Assembly (NCBI GenBank): GCA_951406725.2
Contig: OX597822.1
Span: 53,568,001 to 53,632,000, forward strand
Source of the DNA: Octopus vulgaris
Lineage: Eukaryota
DNA length: 64,000 bases
Direction of reading: 5' to 3'
Shown here: one piece after another, positions 58,341 to 64,000 of the stretch
Layout: each line of letters begins with the position of its first letter
Numbering within the stretch: position 1 is the stretch's first letter
Program-made: the position numbers and the translations under genes
The notes under the pieces: model-generated
Database searches by the model: none
What the model was told of the DNA's origin: nothing
What the model saw: the letters and a program-made list of their open reading frames with translations, nothing else

Positions 58341-58563
58341 ATATATGTATGTATGTATATATATATGAGGTTAGTAGAGTTAGAGATTGGGATAACCGCC
58401 TAAGGTATAGAGATATCCGTTTTACTACCGGTATAATTACCTATGTTAACCCTAGGCATACATATGCTCATAGGTTACAAGCAATGACAAAAATAAACGT
58501 GAGTTTATTCGGAATCAAATTTAAAGTAAACAGAAAATGGAGAAATATTGATCAACAACAATT

Positions 58564-58609
<46 letters not shown>

Positions 58610-58619
58610 AACTTAATCA

Positions 58620-58880
58620 CAAGGTACATGAATCTTACATATATACCATTCTGCTTAAATAATGGAACTGTAGATACAATATCTCTGCATATCTCACATC
58701 TATTTTCATTCCTCCACTTCACTCTCCATTCCATATCCTATCTAGAATAACTATTACTAAACCATTTTCTCACACCGTCTCCGATGAAGGGATATATAAA
58801 ATATTCCTGTAACAGCTGTAAGACCTTCTATTTATAAATGTTCTGAAATCTTTCACAGCCTTGAGTTTTTTTTTATCTCA
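58620..58880 (+). mobile_element. Penelope pseudo-LTR-like repeat with a decayed hammerhead (58777-58824)
   Basis: gtct-CCGATGA-agggatat-ataaa-atattcct-GTAA-cagctg-TA-agac (GAAA changed to GTAA). Homologous to 39190-39430 on the minus strand. Confidence 0.65.
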
Positions 58881-58895
58881 TTCTGTTTATTTTAT

Positions 58896-58994
<99 letters not shown>

Positions 58995-59067
58995 CACATA
59001 TATACACATACATATATATATAAGTATTTATATATGTGTATGTGTGCATGCATGCATGCATGCATGA

Positions 59068-59138
<71 letters not shown>

Positions 59139-59139
<1 letters not shown>

Positions 59140-60372
59140 GAGGGACGTTCAATAAGTAATGCCTCTGACCCACTTGCAGTTGTTTGATCTAGCTGAAATT
59201 TTGCATGTGCCATTATTTATATCTCTATAGATTAAGTGGCAAATTACAGCTCTGAGATAATTGTGGTTTCTGATTTACAGGTGTTTGAACTGGGTCAGGT
59301 GTGAAATGGAGCCTGTTGAGTGTCGAGCAGTGATCCGGTTTTTGTATTTGAAAGGACGCACACCACAGGAGACTTTTGATGAAATGAAAGTAACTTATGA
59401 TGATGATGCCCCATCATATGACCTTGTAAAACGCTGGCATCGTGAATTCAAACATGGTCGGAACTCTGTGGAAACAGCTCCCAGATTTGGTCTCCCACTT
59501 CTGCCATTGATGAGGCATCTGTCCGTCAAGTTGAGGCTGCCATTTTGGAAGATCGATGCATAACTATTCGCCAAATATCCCATGAGGTCAAGATTAGTAC
59601 CGAGTCTGTGGAAACTATCATTCATGACCATTTGCATATGCAAAATGTGTCTGCCAGATGGATTCCCAGGTTGCTCACACCTTTCCAGAAGCAAGAACGC
59701 GTCGAGTGCTCGAGGATGAATTTGGAGATGTGCCAAGAAGATGAGTCAAAATTTTTCAAAAGACTGATTACACAGGATGAAACCTGGGTCCATCACTATG
59801 ATTCAGAGACCAAAGCCCAGTCAATGCAGTGGAAGCACCGTGACTCACCTCCTCCAAAGAAGGCAAGGGTGCAGCCCTCCGCTGGCAAGATCATGCTCAC
59901 AGTCTTCTGGGACGAGGACGGAGTAGTGAAGACAGATTTCCTGGCAAAGGGTACCACAATTACAGGAGCCTATTATGCTTCACTTTTGAGGAAATTATGA
60001 GAAGCTATCAAAATCAAGAGGTGGGGCAAGATCAGCAAAGGCATCCTCTTCCTGCAGGACAACGCTCCGGTTCACAACTCGCGTGTCGCCAGATCAGAAG
60101 CACAGGCGTGCTGCTATGAACTCCTCCCCCATCCCCCCTACGCTCCTGACCTTGCACTCTCTGATTTTCACCTCTTCCCAGCCATGAAGTTTTTTTTGAA
60201 AGGAAAGCTGGGGTCTTCTACAAAAACGGTCTCCAGCGCTGCATCAAACGATGGGAGAAATGCGTAACTCTGGGTGGTTCCTATGTAGAAAAAGACTAAT
60301 AACTGTGCCAAGTTTCGTTGCTCTACTGCTATGGGAAGTGGGTCAGGGGCATTACTTATTGAACGCCCCTCG
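59139..60372 (+). mobile_element. mariner transposon with both TIRs and a defective transposase
   Basis: TIRs cgagggacgttcaataagtaatgcctctgacccactt / aagtgggtcaggggcattacttattgaacgcccctcg with TA flanks. Motifs WIPRLL, ITQDETW, LQDNAPVH and HPPYAPDLALSDF (DD34D). Frameshift near 59490-59540, stop at 59998-60000 and a C-terminal deletion. Confidence 0.95.
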
Positions 60373-60799
60373 TATATATAGATATAAGTGAAGCGGACGT
60401 CAGTTTAATGTATATGCAAAGCTTTTCAAGTAATTGTTTTATGAAATTATAAGATGGAAGAAGATAGCCGTGCAGCTTAGATTGTTAGCACGGGTAAGAC
60501 AAATAAATCAAAAGAAAACACAGTTCGAGTGAGTCGTTAATAACCAAAACTGCAGATGGTCAACACAAGAAACGACCTTGCTGCAAGTAATGGAATATGA
60601 ACGCGAGACGAAAAGAAGTGACTGTTTAAGAAAATATGAGTAAAGATTTTGTGCTGCAAAAGAGAAGATTAGAACTGAACACAGAAGAAATTCATAGCAA
60701 GAAGAAACAAAAAAAAAAGGAAGGATAGGAAGAAAGATATTTTTCAGGGGTAAAAACAGAACCCTTATCACCAGAAAAGATAGAGAAAAAGAAAACGTA

Positions 60800-62540
60800 C
60801 ATAGAAAACAGACAGCTTCGTAAATGTGGTGCTTTGAATGATATCTGGCAGTTCTGCATATTATTGAAATATTTATCAGAACAACTGCAACATAGGGGAG
60901 AACAAAAGAGCATAAGTCTCTCTATTCAGGCCTTCCTCAAATGAGAAAAGAGAAGATGAGGAACAGAAAGGAGATTGCGAGATAAAGGCTTGCCTCTCGC
61001 AGAGAAATTAGAGGACATGCTAAAGTAGATAATGATATGCTTCAACAATGAATACGAACAGTATAGTTGAGAGAAACAAAAATTGTTAGCTAGTTTTGCA
61101 GTTCATTAAGCATTTTACCAGAAGGTTCCATTGATAGGAAATTTAACAACTACTTTTAGAAAGGGTAGAATTTTGTTATAGTATCATTTGTATTTTTTCA
61201 GAATATATGCAGGAGGTTCTGAGCAACTCGAAACAAAAGCACTATCGAAACTTCAAAGAAAACATTAGATCGTTTTATTTTATCTTTCATTTCTCTGTTT
61301 AGTCGCACTGAACGCTGATCCAAGTGGCCATGGTCTTTATTGTTTCAGATACCAAGTAAAATCTTACGTCTAACATGCACTCAAGTGATGGTGAGCAGCG
61401 ACAGTTTACACAACTTTATGCAGTAGATTCCAGAGAAGAAAATTACACTAGAATAAATAAGATATAATCATGGCAGTTGAAATGAAATTATTCAAAATCT
61501 TGACAATTTCATAAGAGAAAATAATGTCTACGCAAAAGCGTATTAAGAGGTGAGAGTGAGGAAGAAGAGAAAGCTCTAATATAAAATAGGTATTTACGTC
61601 TCATAAATACAGTATATAAGAGAGCTGGGAATTGAGAGAGAAGGCAATACAATTTACCAACAGTTGAAGAAATGGCGATGATACTTACGCATAATGATGG
61701 AGAACCAGTGTTGGAAAGAGATTTTCGTGTAAATACCTGCGTTGATAATAGTCCTGTAATTAGCCCAATGATATGATTTCACACGTATTGTCTATGAGGA
61801 GAATTTCCTCCCGGAGTATTTCTTCTGTAAAAGATCTTCCCACGTTCGAATGTACACAGATGTGTTAAATATGGTAGTAAATATAAAAAGTATATATTTA
61901 GTTCCTACGTATACCCAGTGATATTTACTTTATTAAACCCATTTGGAGAACCAGGGTTGAGACCAAATATACAGATAAAAATAAAAGAAAATCAACACCT
62001 TCAATGTAACAACATTACTATAATAAACTATCAGGTAGCACAGACTGCAGTCAGGCAATATGACAATATTTCAGTCTAATTTAGCATTATGATTGGGAAT
62101 TGTTCTAGTAACGTATGTTTAGCTCTAATTTAAGGTAAATAACTTGATTTACATGCACTCACAAAAGTTTCAAGTTCGGCAGCGTAGCGTTTTATGTAAC
62201 GATTTAGCCATTCCTGCTAATAATGCTGGTGTATAATTAAGACAGACATGTTTGTCCTGCCTTCATATTTCCATGCTTCTCCACGCAACATGATGTCATG
62301 TCCAAAGTGGGAAAATATGGAAAAACTTGATTTATTCATTTCTATAATCTTCTGAAATTGAGATCAGTCCCTTTTACGGACAACAGATAGCTGAGAAATC
62401 AGATTTAATAGACAAATAATTTATGATGCTGAATAACTTGACGGACGGTGTCATAAATATTCCCTAAACTAGAGGCAAATTGTTATTCTATAGAATTTCA
62501 AAACATTTGATCTAAATGCTTCATATTTTAATATTCTTTG
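60800..62540 (+). mobile_element. Helitron Rep-region remnant, heavily decayed
   Basis: Ordered plus-strand peptides NFKENIRSF, GHGLYCFR, QFTQLYAVD, IRENNVYAKAY, RRQYNLPTVEEMA..DGEPVLERD, LLNPFGEPG, VLPSYFHASPRNM, KYGK.DLFI and EFQ....HIL. Confidence 0.82.
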
Positions 62541-63692
62541 AACAAATATTAACCCTAAACTACTGGTAAAATAGTTTGCACAAAGATTGCTAATCCTGAA
62601 ACGCACTTCCTATAATGTTAGGAATTATTCCCAATACAGATATTATAAGCAATATTTATAGAGATTCAATTAATATCAATAATGATGAGCTAACCATGAG
62701 GATTAGAATAACTAGATAAAAACTAAAGATATATTTGAATATTAAAAGTGATGTTCACCAGCTCCTACCATGTGTAACAAAAGAATATGAATACAATGAT
62801 TCTGTTACTGATAATGATGAGGAGGGAGAGAAGGAAGATGGTGATGGTGACGATGCTGAGGCGAAGGAGGTGAAAGATGGTGATGATGACAGCAATGATG
62901 AGGAGGAGAGAGAGGAGGGGAGGGAGGAGAAGGAAAAGAAGGAGGAGAAGAGAGTAGAGGAGAAGGAGGAGATGGAGGAAGATGGTGTGATGGGGTGGAG
63001 GAGGAGGAGGAGGAGGAGGGGAAGGGGAATGGAGGTGACAGGGAGGAGTGAGGGTGATGATGATAGCAAAGCTGATGATAATGAAACGGTGATAATTACC
63101 GTGATGACGACGACGACGACGACGACGATGACAGTAACGATGATGATAAAGAAGGAGGATGATGACAACGACGAGGTCAGCGACGGAGACGACGACGACG
63201 ATGATGATAAGGTGGTGATGGTGGTGGTGGTGGTGGTGGTCCTAAATTTTTCTGTTGAATTCTTAAATAAACAAAATCCATGTAAATTGTCACTTCATAT
63301 TGTAAATGTGCACCTTGGCTGTATTATGATGTTAGTATGTAAGTCGTGATGTTAGTAAGCTTCATAAAGGCTTTACAATGCGACTAATCATCGTTAAAGA
63401 AACTCACACCCAATTTCTTCTTCCAGAAATATCGACTGCAATAATGAAGAAAATGGTTGCATTCCACGCCTTAATTAGGCATCTAACGAGATAAATATTT
63501 TTTAGCTTAGTTATTGACAATTATCTTCGATACAAGCCTTCGTAATTGCAGTGAATAAATCGAATCACAGGGTTAAACATTTAACAGAGTGAAAATACTG
63601 GCTTTATGGGTATTACGAGAGACCTGGTTGCAGTCCCAACTTTCCGAATTTTTTTACAAAACTCAGAAAAACAGAAGGGCCGCTGCTATAAT

Positions 63693-64000
63693 TTATTTCT
63701 GAAAGGCTGTCATTACTTTTGAGACAGTACTTCTTGATACACCAAACATTTCGGCTGTTTTCGTTATGCTAGCGCCTGCCATACGAGCACCAACAATTTG
63801 ACCTCTTTGAAAGTCCGATAGATCTGTCATAGTAATGAATTTTATTTACCTTTTCTGATGATATCTGAAAAGAAACAACAACTTTAGCAAAACATATTAA
63901 GCAACACTAATAATAAATCAAAAAGCATAAAAATAAGCAAGCTTTTGACGGTTTTATTATGATGCTATGATGCTAGGTGTTTCCATTAGTTTGTCCAGCC
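63693..64000 (-). mobile_element. Tc1-like transposon 5' end
   Basis: Minus ORF 63830-63693 MTDLSDFQRGQIVGARMAGASITKTAEMFGVSRSTVSKVMTAF (Tc1 paired-like HTH). TIR-like ggctggacaaactaatggaaacacc at the window edge. Confidence 0.85.

Noticed and set aside
62735-63349. 204-aa acidic ORF
   Set aside because: Built from GAG/GAT/GAC/GGT simple repeats, with no true ATG start and no recognisable domain.

Overview
AT-rich eukaryotic non-coding DNA with dense microsatellites. The repeat types suggest a cephalopod such as Octopus (inference). No host protein-coding gene can be supported, and nearly all long ORFs in the track are translations of simple repeats. The window is a mosaic of mobile-element remnants: two Penelope-like (Naiad-type) retroelements with inverted pseudo-LTR ends, CR1/L2-group, RTE, L1/Tx1 and restriction-like-endonuclease LINE fragments, two tRNA-type SINE families, two mariners, a Tc1 end, a decayed Helitron Rep region, and a U6 snRNA 3' fragment fused to a LINE/SINE tail. 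The most striking hidden signal is a dense set of type I hammerhead ribozyme motifs. About 7 are well formed and several more are decayed, spread over several unrelated short non-coding repeat families that sit in (TA)n tracts in tandem or inverted arrangements. They include a 550/534-bp tandem retrozyme-like array (36958-38243) and a 747-bp palindrome with two outward-facing ribozymes (55157-55903). Several share a CCGANGA core variant, long AU-rich stem II insertions and palindromic stem III loops.
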